From Geosiphon pyriformis uo1 (Eukaryota; Fungi; Glomeromycota), in the NCBI GenBank assembly GCA_016748015.1, contig JAAOMT010000577.1, forward strand, positions 310,001 to 374,000: a DNA stretch of 64,000 bases, read 5' to 3'. Shown in pieces: positions 61,626 through 64,000 of this stretch. The first letter of the stretch is position 1; every line of letters starts with the position of its first letter. Made by a program: the position numbers and the translations under genes. The notes under the pieces were generated by a model that saw nothing but the letters and a program-made list of their open reading frames with translations, did not search any database and was not told the origin of the DNA.

Positions 61626-64000
61626 TATTATTTATAGAATATAAAAAGTATATTAGCATATAAATTAGCCAATCAAAAGTAAACGTAATAAATGTGAAAT
61701 TCCAGAATTTTTCTTAAAGAAATTGCAGAATTCTAGGAATTTCAAAATTCTTGTATGAGAAATTACAGAATTCCAGAATTCCAGAATTTCTCTCAAAGAA
61801 ATTGCAGGATTCTAAGAATTCCAGGATTCTTGGCATAAAAAATTAAAGAATTGAGAAATCTCAAATATGTATATATAGCAGTAATATTAGAAACAGAAAA
61901 AACAGATCTCTCTGTTTAGATTTAATCTAAGCAATCTTTCAAATTACAATAAATAATTATTTATTATCCCAAATTTACTCTTTACTATTAACACTTTATA
62001 TTGATAAAAATTTATATTTAACCACATTAGAACAATAGCTCTTAATCATAACTATTAATGAGATACTAACTTGTAATTGCCTTGGTTTATTTTCTTTAAA
62101 TCTTTTTTTTATCTCTTTTATTTTCTTTTCATTATTTTGTTGTGTTTACTAATTGATTAAAAATTAAGCACTGAATTATTGACATCATGAATAGCCTGGT
62201 AAAAGACCCAGAAATAAAAGTAAAATTATATATACTATTAACAAATAGCTTACCAAAAGGGCATGACTGCCAGAATAAACCAGCCACCAAGCTAAAAAAA
62301 AAAATTGGGAAAACAACTTACCAATTATGACAACATTATTATTGAATCTCTGTTCATTATACAAAAGACTCAACCAAAACTTTTAGATACAAAGATCTTT
62401 AGATATTATCAGCCAATTTAGCAATTGAGCACCAAGTTATGAGTTTGTTATTTGATTTTGAAACCCCAAATAATCACTTGTAATATTTGGTACTTCCTGT
62501 AAAGTATAATCCAACAGAGAACTGGCATCAACAGCATTCATCCGAAACAGTAGTAGAATTCAAAAAAACAGGAACAAACCATTTGGGATTTGCAAAATCC
62601 TTATTTTAATATTATTACACTTATCTCAGATTAACAAATAATAGTTGGCCAATAGAATCAGCTTTTAATTGCTATGTCAATAAAAGAATAGTATATTATT
62701 TGGGAGGCCAAGAAGATCCAAAATCCATCTTTAACAATTTTTTCAGTAAACTATTTCAAAGCACCACCCTTTTACAAAACTATTTATTTGCATCTCTAAT
62801 CACAAAAATAAACAGGAAAATTGAAAAATACACCAAGCAAAGATTTTCTATTACTTTTGCTGACAAAAAAAAAGAAAGATTACAAACACTAGCAGGAATT
62901 TCAAAGCAAATTCAACTACCCACGTAGAAAAAATAGAGATTTGATTCATCTGTTAATCTATTGTATTACTATATATCTGAAAACACTATCAATATAACAT
63001 CAACAGACACATTCACTACAAATGTAACAACACCATTAAACAGAATCCCATTCCAAAGTAAACAAAAGAAAACAGAATTATTAAGAACATATAGTAATTA
63101 TTTTGAGAGATTTAAATTGTGATCTCTAACATTATCAGAAACTTGATTACCACCACCACAACCAGATTTTGAAGCCATAAGTCTTTGAGAAATAACCAAC
63201 TCTGAGGAAGAAGAGAGTAGCAATCAAGAAATTAACAAGCAAAATCTAATCCTAAAAAATCTGAAAATTAAAACCCTGATTAATCAAACTTCGAAGAATT
63301 AGAACAATCTAAATCCCAATATTATTAATTAACAAAACTTATCTCTGATAATTATAATCAATCCACCAGTCTTATCAATTGCCAAACAGCAACAGCAATC
63401 ATAACAGCCACTTCAATCAGTATAACAACAGCAACAAATCATAGTACCAATAGCATATGTACCAATTGTAAAACTTGAAAAGTTTACCAACAAAGAAAAT
63501 AATCCCCAAGCTTGGTTAAATAACATTGCCAAAGCCATAACTATTAATAATTGGGATGATGTCAAAGTCTTTCAAGCCATTTCATATTTTTTTCAAGATA
63601 CTACTAATTTTTGATATCAGAGTTTGGCCCAGAAATCCCAAACATTTGATGCATTCAAGCTAGAATTTCTAAGATATTTTAACAATAACAATAGTATTAA
63701 TTGCTTGGCTAACATATTCACCACTATAAAACAAGAAGAAACAGAAGCAGTCACTACTTACTTGGAATGCTTCTACAGGAATCTGTGCTAGATCCAAGTC
63801 ATTAATGCCAATTATTTTACAGTGGCTCAAATTCTAAATCAGTTTATTTGCAGATTACACAGCAGTATCTTTGTAATACATATGCTTATTACATCCAACC
63901 ACTTTTCAAGCTGTAGTTATAAATACCAGAGATTTTGAAGCAGCTGAAATCAAAGCCAACCATGCCCAAGCTGTAAATCTAGTGATGAATGAATCATCTG
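61626..64000 (+). mobile_element. Family-A gypsy element: 5' LTR, PBS and gag (continues beyond the window)
   Basis: LTR 61626-62485, PBS TGGTACTTCCTGTAAAG at 62488, gag with N-extension and capsid region. Left flank CCAG. Confidence 0.9.

Overview
Eukaryotic, AT-rich fungal DNA. The gene and TE families resemble Glomeromycotina (Geosiphon/Rhizophagus-like); this is inference from recalled family motifs, not a search. The window has two compartments. (1) Positions 1 to ~9.24 kb keep normal CpG content. They hold one apparently intact 13-exon gene (603 aa, C-terminal PD-(D/E)xK nuclease-like motif), a patchwork of truncated gene fragments (transposase-like N-terminus, kinase, RING, virus-type D5 primase-helicase) and a young 5'-truncated LINE with a 14-bp TSD. 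(2) Positions ~9.24-64 kb are almost CpG-free nested transposon relics eroded by C->T/G->A transitions. They contain a structurally complete 9.7-kb Ty3/gypsy element (22729-32457, 4-bp TSD, tRNA-Met-like PBS) with the order gag-PR-Cys-rich domain-dUTPase-RT-RH-IN plus an extra ORF in the env position. That element sits in a hAT transposon, which sits in a sister gypsy element, which sits in an older gypsy RT. Also present are solo LTRs and a full-length RNase H-containing LINE with an ATGA stop/start junction. The most unusual observations are a 2.3-kb 'copy-back' LTR derivative with two inverted U3 ends that still carries a proper TSD (12325-14609), the accessory domains of the gypsy family, LTR-encoded reading frames running into an ATG-less gag, and pervasive RIP-like hypermutation with a sharp boundary. 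No rRNA, tRNA or CRISPR was found.
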